Notes under the pieces: generated by a model
Seen by the model: the letters and a program-made list of their open reading frames with translations, nothing else
What the model was told of the DNA's origin: nothing
Database searches by the model: none
Program-made: the position numbers and the translations under genes
From: Octopus sinensis
Lineage: Eukaryota
Assembly (NCBI RefSeq): GCF_006345805.1
Contig: NC_043021.1
Coordinates: forward strand, 16,988,001 to 17,052,000
Direction: 5' to 3'
DNA length: 64,000 nucleotides
Shown here: positions 1 to 11,455 of the stretch, piece after piece
Numbering within the stretch: the first letter of the stretch is position 1
How the letters are laid out: every line of letters begins with the position of its first letter

Positions 1-1330
1 TCGTGGCGAAAGAGTCAGCAGAAGTTCGCCATTACCTTCTGCCGGAGCCGCGTGGAGCCTAGGTGTTTCGCTCATAAACACACACATCGCCCAGGCTGAG
101 ATTTGAACCCGCGATTCCTCGACCGCAAATCCACTGCTCTAACCACTAGGCCATGTGCCTCCACAGATCAAGGACGATGGTACCCAACGTGTCTCTTCTT
201 TCACAGGATGACAAAATATGATAAAGGAGTAGGCGCGGGCATGGCTGTGTGGTTAGGAAGCTTGCTTCCTAGCTACATGGTTTCGGGTTCAGTCCCACTG
301 CGTGGCACTTTGGGTAGGTGTCTTCTGCTATAGCCCCGAGTCGACCGGAGCTTTGTGATTGAATTCGGTAGGTGGAAGTTACTGCCGTGTGTGTATGTGT
401 GCGTATAGCTGCTCAGTGCCTCTCCGAAAGAGAGAGAGGGAAACTTGGCAGTTGTTTCTAGCACAACAAGCAACCACATATTTGCTCCCTTAGTGGCTCA
501 AGACCATGGTACCGTACTACTAGTGACTGTAGGGGGAGGGGTCATTCATTTGCGTCCACAGTAGTCACACCACTGTGTGTGGGAAGGGCAGGACACTTAA
601 TTCCACATTACCCTAGTTTTCCCACCACCATCATTATTTCATCCCTGCTTTCTATGCTGGCATGGGTGGAATGAGTTGTAGGAAAGAGTTGAAACAATCA
701 ATGAGTAAAAGGATCGTGTCGTGCTCCAATGTCTCAATTTTGACATAGATTCTAAGGCTGGGTGCCCCTTCCTAAATGCCAATCATTTTACAGTATACTG
801 GGGGGGGGGCTTTTTTGTTTTTTGTTTGTGGCCCCAACACTGAGGTAGTTATGTTGTAACCCACAAATGACACAGTCTGTTGCAGGTAAGCTAGCTGGAA
901 TCTTTGGCACTTATTTTCAGGTGTGATATAAGCACCAAAATTCCTGACCATGTTACCAGCAACAGACTTTATCATTTTTCCTTTTTTTTTTGTTATTTTA
1001 TCTAGTTTCAGATCATGAGCTGTGGCCATGCTGGGGCACCGCCATTCGGTGCTACTACATGATTTTACTTCACGAATGCTTTTTAACAATTGACATCTGG
1101 TGCATGAGAGAGTTTGATGCAGCTGCCCTCATCTGCACCTCCTGTCATGAAGTTGGTTCATCTGGAACACCTGACAGGAAGAGATCCAGTTTTATTTTAA
1201 AAACATCTGCTGTACAACTGAGGCTATGCTCTGGTCCTTACAAAGGTTCCTACAACTCCCGAGACTTAGACAAGGGGTGTGAATAAATGTTGAGTGTACA
1301 AAAAGGGAATGGGTTAATAAATATACTCAC

Positions 1331-1428
1331 ATGGTAACTGTTTGTTGGGGTTTTCAACGAAGCAGTTGAGATAATGGCGCTCACATTCTTGTTTGCTTTT
1401 AGTTTTTAGCTGCTGAGCAATATCTGAC
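1331..1428 (-). CDS. TADA2A: TADA2A-like coding exon 3 (end of SANT domain); gene continues left of the window
   Basis: ctctctccAG acceptor, GTGAGT donor, phase 2 to 1. Encodes (W)SDIAQQLKTKSKQECERHYLNCFVENPNKQLP, similar to human WQDVANQMCTKTKEECEKHYMKHFINNP (recalled). Confidence 0.85.
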
Positions 1429-2289
1429 CTGGAGAGAGAGAGAATGAGAGTGAATGAGTGATCAAGTGATTGAGTGAGTGAGTGAGTGAGTGAGTGAGGG
1501 ATGGTACAGTTACAGAAGAGGAATGAGTGAAGATGGAACCTGAAAAGGAAAGTGAGTTGGAGCATGAGGAGAATAGTCAGAGAGAGTGAGAGAGTCAGTG
1601 AAAGTATAGACAGAGAAGGGAAGTGAGTGAATGAGTGAGTGAAGGTACAACCAGAAAGGAGTTGAATGAGTGAAGGCGTTGAGCTGGCAGACACATTAGC
1701 ACAATTGAGCAAAGTGCTTAGTGGTATTTCGTCTGCCGCTACATTCTGAGCTCAAATTCTGCTGAGGTCAACTTTGCCTTTCATCCTTTCAGTGTCAATA
1801 AATTAAGTACCAGTTGCATACTAGAGTCGATCTAATCGACTGGCCCCTTCCCTCAAAATTTCAGGCCTTGTGCCCAGAGTAGAAAAGAATGATTGAAGGC
1901 ATATCTAGAGAGAAGAAGTTAGTGATTTAGGGAGTGGAAACTACTAGTGTAGCTGGGAGGAGGAGGAGAGTCTACCCTGGGCGGCACTTTTAAGGTCATG
2001 GCACTTTTGGGTCTGTTGTAGGCAATGTGTGCCTTTTGTAGGGTCCAGGAGCAGCAAATGGAAAGGCTGCCACAGGTGGCACACAACCAGAGAGGGTGGG
2101 GGAGTATTTTAGTGTGTGAGGACATAGTTAGAGGGGGTGGATGGTTGAACGGCTCAAGGTGAGCTCTGATTGGCTGTATGCAAATGAGTTCATTACTGGG
2201 GTCCAGAACTTTCGTGGGAAAAAAAAATTCGCACATGGGCCAGCCTGAGTACCTCCCTCCATCCCTCCCAATCTTCCATTTGTGTTTTT

Positions 2290-2830
2290 AGGTCTTCAAC
2301 TTGGCATCTAACATCTGCAAGTTGTCGTATATACGTCTTCCAGCCACTGTGGTACCATGATTTGGTATCCACAAAAACAAATTGTTCACAAGTTCTTTAC
2401 TTCTCCAGCAGTGGCCAGCAAACCTCAATCTCCACTCTTGGATGGTTGATGAGAGAGTACGTACATTCCCATATAACCGTTATTTCGTTGGGTGCTCCCT
2501 CCAAGAGATGTTGAGCACTGCATGTAGCATTCTAATGCAGGCACCATCCAGCATCCGCCAGAGTCTCTCAGTGAGAGTCCAAGTTGGAGATCCATACACA
2601 AGCACAGATTCAACAATTGTGCTAAAGAACTGTCTCTTCAATTTATCTGGTAAGGTTGACTTCCATATTGTTCTAAGACCGTCCAAAGCTGCCCAACCCT
2701 TAGCAATGCGTGATTTAATATCTTTTTCAGAGGACACAATATTGCTGCCAAGTTATAAAAATCAACTGTCCCCAGTCAAGAAAAGTTTTAATTTAAAATC
2801 GTTTCTTATTCAAAGAGAAGCTAAATGATA
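2290..2830 (-). mobile_element. RTE-clade LINE, 3' fragment, degenerate
   Basis: Minus frame reads LGSNIVSSEKDIKSRIAKGWAALDGLRTIWKS...ESVLVYGSPTW...RMLHAVLNISWREHPTK, the typical post-RT region of RTE elements; stops and frameshifts around it. Confidence 0.85.
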
Positions 2831-2877
2831 TATAAGCATTGTAGAAAACATGAAAAAGAATTTTTTTGTTTCCTTAC

Positions 2878-2969
2878 CAATTTCCAAATCCAAATTCTGA
2901 TATGAGAGAAAGAAGTTTTAATTCTTCAGCAGCAGTCCATGATGATTCAAAGAGTGGAATGTCATCTCT
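2878..2969 (-). CDS. TADA2A: TADA2A-like coding exon 2 (SANT domain start)
   Basis: ttttcaatcAG acceptor, GTAAGG donor, phase 0 to 2. Encodes RDDIPLFESSWTAAEELKLLSLISEFGFGN(W), the ADA2 SANT signature WT.xEE..LL......GFGNW. Confidence 0.9.
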
Positions 2970-3508
2970 CTGATTGAAAACAAAAAGGAAACATCGATGC
3001 AAAGAGTGACAGAATGAAGTGTAGGGAGGGGAGAGACAGGATGAGTAGATACATAAAGGGAACTGGTGTAGGGCATAGCATAGGGGCTTAAAACGAAAAA
3101 GTGATGTAAGGAGGGGTAAGAAGAGCCAAGTTGTGAGGGAGAACATGAGACAACCAAGATATGGCAGGAGATTGCCAGAATTATTACAGCATCAGTATCT
3201 TCTCTCTCTCTCTCTCTTTCTCTTCCCCTCTCTCTCTCTCTTTCTCTTCCTCTCTCTCTCTCTCTTTTCTTCCCCCCTCTCTCTCTCTTTCTCTTCCTCT
3301 CTCTCTCTCTCTCTTTCTCTTCCTCTCTCTCTTCCTCTTCCTCTTTCTCTCTCTCTCTCTAGATCAGACTTTCTGTAGCCAGCTCTTATCTGCTCTCTGT
3401 CTTCCTCAGTTTCTTTCCTTCAGTGTCTCTGTTGTCATCGACTGTTGAAGGCTTTGTCTTTACATATGATGTCAAATGAACTAAGCCCATTGCCTCATCC
3501 TTCCAACA

Positions 3509-3991
3509 TTAACCCTTTCATTACCAACCCGGCTGAAACCGGCTCTGGCTCTGTTGTACAAATGTCTTGTTTTCATAAGTTCTGAATTAAAATCTTCCAC
3601 CAAACCTTAATCAAAATTTATGTTCCTAACACTAGCTGAATGATAACAAAAGTTATTTGACTAAATTCTTTGTTATATTTAAAGTAATTGAAAGAAACAC
3701 AGAACATCTCAACAGAAATATGGTAACAAAAGGGTTAAAATATATAATAGAGAAACAATTCTTAACCCTTTCGATACCAACCCGGCTAAAACTGGCTCTG
3801 GCTCTGTTGTACAAATGTCTTGTTTTCTTAAGGTTTCAATTAAAATCTTCCACCAAACCTTAGTCACAATTTATGTTCCTAACACTAGCTGAATGATAAC
3901 AAAAGTTATTTGACTAAATTCTTTGTTATATTTAAGGTAATTGAAAGAAACACAGAGCATCTCAAAATAAATACAGTAACGAAAGGGTTAA
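3509..3991. mobile_element. Tandem dimer of a TTAA-flanked piggyBac-like MITE (family P1)
   Basis: Two ~230-bp similar units (3509-3738, 3762-3991), each TTAA-CCCTTT...AAAGGG-TTAA, with a 23-bp spacer. Confidence 0.8.
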
Positions 3992-4597
3992 GATGTTTTC
4001 TAGTTGTTTCTGCTTGTCTAAAGACTTCAGCATTTGTTCTGCTTACATAAGACACCTTCAGCCTTTATCTAAAGAATCCCATTTGTGTTGCATTTTACAT
4101 GGCACAAGCACAAGAAAATCATCATCATCGTTTAACATCCGCTTTCCCTGCTGGCATGGGTTGGACAGTTTGACTGAGGACTGGCAAGCCAGATGGCTGC
4201 ACCAGGCTCCAATCTTGATCTGGCAGAGTTTCTACAGATGGATGCTCTTCCTAACGCCAACCACTCCAAGAATGTAGTGGGTGCTTTTATGTGCCACCGG
4301 CTTGAGGGCGAGTCAGGCGGTTCTTGCAACGACCATGCTCAAAAGGTGTTTTTTACGTGCTACCTGCACGGGAGCCAGTCCGGCACCACTGCCAATGACC
4401 ATGCTCGAATGTTGTTTTTCACATGCCACCAGCACATGTGTCGGTAAGGCGACGCTGGCAACGATCATGCTCCAATGGTGCTTTTCATGTGTCACCAGCA
4501 CGGGAGCCAATCCGTGGTCCAGGCAACGACTGCATCCGAGCATAATCATTGCCGCCCAGCAGAAGAAAATACATTGTAAAGAATACCGAAGCCTTAC

Positions 4598-4771
4598 CAC
4601 AAAATTGTAAGAATGGTTGTTTTGGTGTTCTCCTACTTCGGTTCCACGAGCAAAACAATTCAGACATAAAAGCAGAGGATTCGGACATGAAAGGCAACGG
4701 ACGTAAGGTTCTTTTAACTGTTGCGAACAGACTGGACATTGTAGTTTGGTCTCTTCATCACTGTCCTCCAT
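4598..4771 (-). CDS. TADA2A: TADA2A-like coding exon 1 (ZZ zinc finger); exon begins at 4784 with 13 nt of 5'UTR
   Basis: ttttcttccAG acceptor at 4785-4786, ATG at 4771, GTAAGG donor. MEDSDEETKLQCPVCSQQLKEPYVRCLSCPNPLLLCLNCFARGTEVGEHQNNHSYNFV. The EPY and LCLxCF pattern fits ADA2-alpha better than ADA2-beta. Confidence 0.88.
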
Positions 4772-5019
4772 GGCGCCATAAATTCTGGAAGAAAATAAAA
4801 ACAAAAATCCATTAACATGTTGAGACATGCTGATTTCAAATTTTGACACAAGGCCAGCAATTTCGGGGAGATGAGGTAAGTTGATTACATCAACCCCAGT
4901 ACTTAACTGGTACTTAGTTTTATTCTCCCCGAAAAGATGAAAGGCAAAAATCAACCATGGCAGAATTTGAACATACTGAGACACATCAAAATGATTTGTA
5001 GAAAATATTAACTTCAGTG

Positions 5020-5461
5020 GCACATAAAAGGCACAATTCGAGTGTGATCGTTACCAGCGTCACCTTACTGGCACTTGTGCCCATGGTAGTAGGGTGCCAA
5101 GAGCACCATTCGAGCGTGATCATTGCCAGAGCGGCTAACTGGCTTCCGTGCCAGTGGCACATAAAAGGGCACCATTCGACTGTGATCGTTACCAGTGTCG
5201 CCTTACTGGCACCTGTGCCGGTGGCATGTGTAAAAAGATTCGAGCGAGGTCATTGCCAGTACCGCCTGACTGGCCCCATGCCAGTGGCACATAAAAGCAC
5301 CCACTACACTCTCGGAGTGGTTGGCGTTAGGAAGGGCATCAAGCTGTAGAAACTCCTGCTAGATCAAGATTGGAGCCTGGGGCAGCCATCTGGTTCGCCA
5401 GTCCTCAGTCAAATCATGCAACCCATGCCAGCATGGAAAGCGGACGTTAAACGATGATGAA
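5020..5461 (+). mobile_element. SINE-like family C (ends CCATGCCAGCATGGAAAGCGGACGTTAAAC(GAT)n), with internal ~60-bp GTGCCACCGGCAC-type repeats
   Basis: Similar copies at about 4125-4520, 14578-14765, 26283-26500, 28200-28400, 30580-30840, 31108-31630, 48812-49100, 56815-57020 and 61975-62100. Confidence 0.8.
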
Positions 5462-5790
5462 TTTTAAAGGTGAAAAATATTTTAATATTTTACATTTTTA
5501 CAATTAACCTTTAATAAGGGAAAATGTTTATTCATCTTTAAAGACGGCGTCAACAGCAGAGGTTTGGAAGTGCTGCCCCTCAACTATCCCCGCTTAATGG
5601 GAAAAGAAACAGCTTCCTTTTTTCTTGCCTAGATATCTTGTTTCAGTGATTCATACTATAAAATAGTTAGCATTTGGCAGCGTGCCCAGCCATAGAAACA
5701 ATGCCAAAGTAGATACTGGCACATAATGCAGTCCTCTGATCTGTGACTCTATCCTCTGACTCATGTCAGCATGAAAGTCAAACATTAAAC

Positions 5791-5876
5791 CAGTAGTCCC
5801 CAAACCTGGGGTCTGCAAAGGTAGTACTGGGGGTCCATGAACTAAATTCAAAATTTCATATATATTTATATATATA

Positions 5877-5927
<51 letters not shown>

Positions 5928-6431
5928 TAGGAGTGGCTGTGTGGTAAGTAGCTTGCTTACCAACCACATGGTTCCGGGTTCAGTCCCACTGCGTGGCACC
6001 TTGGGCAAAATGTCTTCTACTATAGCCTCAGGCTGACCAAAGCCTTGTGAGTGGATTTGGTAGACGGAACCTGAAAGCCTGTCGTATATATATGTGTGTG
6101 TGTGTGTGTGTGTTCGTCCCCCCCCCCATCATCGCTTGACAACTGATGCTGATGTGTTTATGTCCCTGTAACTTAGCAGTTCCGCAAAAGAGACTGATAG
6201 ATTAAGTACAAGGCTTACAATGAATAAGTCCTGGAGTTAATTTGCTCGGCTAAAGGCGGTGCTCCAGCATGACCACAGTCAAATGACTGAAACAAGTAAA
6301 GAGAGTAAAGAGTATATATATATATACTCTTTACTCTTTGTACATATATATATAAGAATATCCTGAGGTCTGTGGAAAAACTCATTTAAAGAAAAAGGGG
6401 TTCTTGGAAGTGAAGGGGTTGGGAACCACTG
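5791..6431. mobile_element. hAT-type MITE with a nested family-A SINE
   Basis: CAGTAGTCCCCAAACC...GGTTGGGAACCACTG termini; 8-bp TSD CATTAAAC/CATCAAAC (7 of 8 match); SINE-A at about 5925-6310 inside. Confidence 0.7.
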
Positions 6432-7015
6432 CATCAAACGATGATGATGATGACGATATTGTGTAATGTGACCTTCCACCCTCCTCCCCACCACCACCAC
6501 CTCCAGGACAGTAGGATATGACCTGTAAACGATGTCGCGGCTATATTTTACTTCCTTTCTGTAAAAACTGCAACCTACCCTTATTGTAACGTAAAGAGCT
6601 GCAAAAGCATAGACTCAATTGACTAAACACTCAGCACCGAATTGGCAACGAAACCCTCCGTCATTTACTTCCATCAACTATATGTAAACGAAGTCTACAT
6701 TCATATATAAATGAGTAACAGTTATATCATGGCGAAGTCATTTAAAACACACACACATATTGTTCTAATACCTAATGCTAAGGTTAGTGAAAGTGGTATG
6801 TAATGGTCTGGCTCTCATTCACTTACGACGGCGAGTGTCCCAGCTGATATAATCAACGACGGAACAGTCAGTTCATGAAATTAATGTGTAAGTGGCTGAA
6901 CACCCCACTGACACGCGTACCCTTAAGAGAAATTCGGTGTGAGAGAGGGAAAAAATCACATCTTGTCAATTATAAATTTATTAATATTTCGAAACCCTTT
7001 TGTGACTTTTGAGCC

Positions 7016-7056
<41 letters not shown>

Positions 7057-7069
7057 CAGCACGATGTTT

Positions 7070-7111
<42 letters not shown>

Positions 7112-7542
7112 GCACGATGTTTTGTCAGTGAACAGGTCGCGGTCTCAAAGCGACGAAAATATTTTGACAAATTAAACTTAAATGTTGAAGTGTGAATCTA
7201 ACGGTTTTGTGTGTTTCTTAAATGGCTTATAAACACCTTCCACGCTGCAATTGTTTTCGTTCCAGCACACGATCTCAAATCAAATATATATATATATATA
7301 TTCGGCTCATGATCGTAGAGTTGTGAGTTCGATTTACGACGGCGCGTTGGGCCTTTGAGCAAACACTTTATTCACATCGATCCAGTTCACTCAATTGGCA
7401 AAAATGAGTAGTATTTCAAAGGGCCAGCATTGTCATATTGTGCCACGCTGAATCTCCTTACGTGTGTCTGTGGAGTGCTCAGCCACTTGCACCATAATTT
7501 CCCAAGCAGGCTGTTCCATCGGATCAACTGGAACCCTCATCG

Positions 7543-7583
<41 letters not shown>

Positions 7584-7602
7584 TTAATATAGGGTTAATA
7601 TA

Positions 7603-7637
<35 letters not shown>

Positions 7638-8790
7638 ATGCGTAACTAGGGGGATGAAATGCTCATTTACAGATTTAAAAAAATATATTTTGAAAAACTC
7701 GGAAACCACCACTCCGACAATAGATACTCAGAACTAGTTAAATCTATTGAAATATTAGCAAATTGAGATTAACCAAAATATCTAAAATATCAACACAGAT
7801 GTTAATTTTGTTTAGAAAACCTGAAGTTGAGCAGCCAATTTCTACGCCAAGTACAGATTGTCAAACGGAAAATTGTGATAAATTTCAAAAATTATCGTAT
7901 TTTTATGCAATTGTTAATTTACTTAGGAAAAAAATATGATTTTCCGATCCTTCTGGGTGCATAAAATGACGCTTTTTAAGTTTAAAAAAAAAACTCCAAA
8001 GTTTCGTTACTTAAACTGAAGTTCTGCCCCAAAAATTATTGAAAATAAAATACACTAACCTTTTAGGGTCCAGGTTGAAATTAAATTAAATTAAACAAAA
8101 TTTCAAACTGCATGCATGAATCGCAGCAAACAAGATGTATTCCTCAACACTATTTAATTCATTTCCTGCCAATAAATAAACATTAATTCTGTTTCTTTTC
8201 TTAAGAATTTCTCTGTTTTGCGCGAAATGTTTTCGCGTCAAAACATTGACGTGACTCAAGCAGCACTGAAGAGCAGAAACGCAAGAGTAAGTTAGAGTCA
8301 TGTCCCTTTATATGTTTCAGCTTTGCTATTTAGCCCAAGGTCAACCTTATTTGGGTAGGCCTACGATGAAAGACGTTCTAGTCGGGATCATTCCGTCTTG
8401 TTCAAACTTGACTACATTATCCAAGGTGCCTTTCCTTTTTAAGACAATAGAGTGTGATTTGAGGAGAACTTTGGGGGCTGTTTCTTGCAAAACGAGCGAC
8501 CAAGTTGAGGTTTATTCACTGATCGTGGGAGTTACGACATTTGTTCTAAAACCAAATACTGGAGTCGATAAAATAAATACCAGTAATATACACGTGAATA
8601 ACGAGGAGGCATCTATATACTTGCTAGAAACAGCAACCAAATGTCCTTCAAATCATACTCTAACGTCTAAAAAGTGGAACGATGTGTTAGTGTAGTTTGT
8701 TTGACAAAACGGGGTGGTCATGGTTAGAGCGCTTTATTTTAAAGATCTGCTCGATCAAATAATCTTTATATCAATCTATATGTGTGTGTG

Positions 8791-8834
<44 letters not shown>

Positions 8835-8837
<3 letters not shown>

Positions 8838-8979
8838 CTTTACTGCCCACAAGGGGCTAAACATAGAGGGGACAAACAAGGACAGGCGAAGGTATTAATC
8901 GATTACATCGACCCCAGTGCGAAACTGGTACTTTATTTATCGACCTCGAAAGGATGAAAGGCAAAGTCGACCACAATAT

Positions 8980-9010
<31 letters not shown>

Positions 9011-9148
9011 TTCTTTACTGCCCACAAGGGGCTAAACATAGAGGGGACAAACAAGGACAGGCGAAGGTATTAAATCGATTACATCGACCCCAGTGCGAAA
9101 CTGGTACTTTATTTATCGACCTCGAAAGGATGAAAGGCAAAGTCGACC

Positions 9149-9191
<43 letters not shown>

Positions 9192-9415
9192 CTTTATTAC
9201 CCACAAGAGGCTAAACACAGCGAAGACAAACAAGACAGACAAAGGGATTAAATCGATTACATCGACTCCAGTGCGTAACTGGTACTTAATTTATCGACCT
9301 CGAAAGGATGAAAGGCAAAGTCGACCTCGGCGGAATTTGAACTTAGGACGTAACGGCAGACGAAATACGGCTACGCATTTCGCCCGGCGTGCTAACGATT
9401 CCGCCAGCTCCCCTC
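8835..9415 (-). mobile_element. Array of family-B SINEs (head GGCGGCGAGCTGGCAGAAACGTTAGC, central GCCTTTCATCCTTTCGGGGTCGATAAA, tail GTGGGTARTAAAGAAATA)
   Basis: Two truncated units plus one full unit separated by (TA)n. Family also at about 1675, 9445, 9690-10010, 15735, 39140, 39384, 42787-43190, 46112, 49430, 58212, 60135 and 60362. The central block resembles the Meta/MESC SINE domain (from memory, unverified). Confidence 0.85.
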
Positions 9416-10406
9416 CTTACAGCCCTTAATGCATCCACCCGAAGGCGTTGAGCTGGCAGAATTGTTAACGCCGGGCAAAATGCTTAGCGGCATTTCGTCC
9501 GTCTTCGTGTTCTGAGTTCAAATTCTGCTGAGGTTGACTTTGCCTTTCATCCTTTCTCGGTCGACAAATAAGTACCAGTGGAACACTGGAGGTAGAGGTA
9601 ATTGATTTGATTCGGTTCCACGAACCTGCTGGCCTTGTGCCGAAATTTGAAATCAGTAATCCTTTCTACTATAGGCACGTCTGAAATTTGGGAGAGGGGA
9701 TCAGTCGATTACATCGACTCCAGTACTTGACTCATCCGAAAGGATGAAATACAAAGTCGACCTCGGCGGAATTTGAACTCAGAACATAAAGACAGACGAA
9801 ATACCTATTTCTTTACTACCCACAAGGACAGACGAACGGATTAAGTCGATTACATCGACCCTCCAGTGCATAACTGGTACTTATTTAATCGACTCCGAAA
9901 GGATGAAAGGCAAAGTCGACCTCGGCGGAATTTGAACTCAGAACGCAACGCCAGACGAAATACCGCTAAGCATTTCGCCCGGCGTGCTAACGTTTCTGCC
10001 AGCTCGCCACCATAAATTGTAATCAATAATAGTCCACCCTACATCTCTGCTTATCTCGTTGTGGCACTCTGTCGGTTACGACGACGAGGGTTCCAGTTGA
10101 TCCGATCAACAGAACAGCCTACTCGTGAAATTAACGTGCAAGTGGCTGAGCACTCCACAGACACGTGTACCCTTAACGTAGTTCTCGGGGAGATGCAGCG
10201 TGACACAGAGTGCGACAAGGATGGCCCTTTGAAATACAGGTACAACAGAAACAGGAAGAAAGACTGAAAGAGTACAGCAGGGTTCGCTACCACCCCCTGC
10301 CAGAGCCTCGTGGAGCTTTAAACACTCACAACGGCCGGTGGGGAAATCGAAACCGCTGTCCTAACCACTGGACCATTGCGTCTCCTCTTCTTATCTAAAA
10401 CGCGGT

Positions 10407-11200
10407 GATTCTTTATTACCCACTAGGGGCGACACAGAGGGGGACACCAAAAGACATGGGGACATAGAACATTATAATTAAAATTTATGAAAAATGAATT
10501 GTTAAGTGAAAGAAAATGATAGTATGAAAGCGATACCAACGGCCCCATCCGTCAGCATCACTTACCTGTCCTTTGTTTTTCATCGTCACTTGAATGTTCT
10601 TTGCCAATACGAATAAATTCCATATCCATTCTTACTCCGAAATACTCATCCATATTTTCCACGAATTCATCGCTCATTCTTATATCCTTCACCTCCCAAT
10701 TCTCCCTTTCACACCTCACCATAAACTCATCTATGTTCTTCTTTTCAATCACAGCATACCGAGTCTCACCAACTTCATACCATTTATACTCTTCCATAAG
10801 ACTTTTAACTTCTTTCTGTTCAGTCATAGTACAAATGTACGGCCTGATATCGAATTCAATCTCTTGTGTGTGTGTATTATTTTTTTTCTTTTGTTTTCTT
10901 GTTGGGGGGGGGGGAGCGGGTGGGTTCACTGTCTGCATGGATAGGGTGGGACTCAGAGGGTGTGGGTGGTTTTGGGGTGGATTGGTGTTCCATATTATTT
11001 TCTTTTCCACGTATTCTTCTCTTCCTCTTATTTCCAGCTTCCTTCCATTTCTGTGTATTCTTTTCCTCTTCTACTGTCTCCTTCTCCTCTGGTTTCTGCT
11101 TCTCTCTCTGTGGTTCGGAATCCATTTCTTTCCCTGGGGGAGGGCAGAAGGCTCTTATGTGACCCCTCAGGCCACACTTGTAACAACGTGGAGCCCTGCC
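10407..11200 (-). mobile_element. 5'-truncated non-LTR retroelement carrying only a Gag/ORF1-like CCHC zinc-knuckle ORF plus 3' tail
   Basis: Exact 17-bp TSD CTTATCTAAAACGCGGT (10390-10406, 11201-11217). Minus strand from 11200 reads GRAPR-CYKCGLRGHIRAFC-PPPGKE (CX2CX4HX4C). A frameshifted continuation stops at 10558, then 150 nt of 3'UTR. Confidence 0.8.
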
Positions 11201-11315
11201 CTTATCTAAAACGCGGTATAAAACCTCTATTAATTATCTTGCTAACGATTGTATTGATATGCAAATTAGGTCAGGTTAATGCGAGCGTGTGCAACACGAT
11301 GAATAGCTATAGGGT

Positions 11316-11455
11316 TATTTCTTTATTACCCACCAGGGGCTACGAAGACCGGCTTACATAACAAAACATGGTGGACCTAGAACAATATTATTAAATTTAT
11401 GAGCAAATGAATATTAAAATGAAAAAAATGATAATATGAAAGCGATGCTAACGGC
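11316..11455 (-). mobile_element. 140-bp 3'-end copy of the same retroelement family
   Basis: 17-bp TSD ATGAATAGCTATAGGGT (11299-11315, 11456-11472); aligns by eye with 10407-10545. Confidence 0.75.

Noticed and set aside
1100-1180. Possible fourth TADA2A exon after minus-strand acceptors near 1172 and 1163
   Set aside because: The required phase-1 frame hits TGA within nine codons and shows no ADA2 similarity.
2166-2185. CCAAT box next to octamer ATGCAAAT (histone H2B/snRNA-like promoter pair)
   Set aside because: No TATA, histone ORF or snRNA nearby; intronic and probably part of a transposon relic.
4772-5023. Upstream part of the 236-aa ORF 4313..5023
   Set aside because: Intronic SINE-B sequence upstream of the acceptor at 4785; the real start is ATG 4771 and the exon ends at 4598.
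7630-8300. AT-rich block resembling a non-autonomous DNA transposon
   Set aside because: No convincing TIR or TSD and single copy in the window.
8300-8695. 131-aa plus-strand ORF
   Set aside because: No recognisable domain or splice context; the 3' part overlaps an interspersed repeat.
10601-11209. 202-aa plus-strand ORF
   Set aside because: Antisense shadow of the purine-rich zinc-knuckle ORF on the minus strand.
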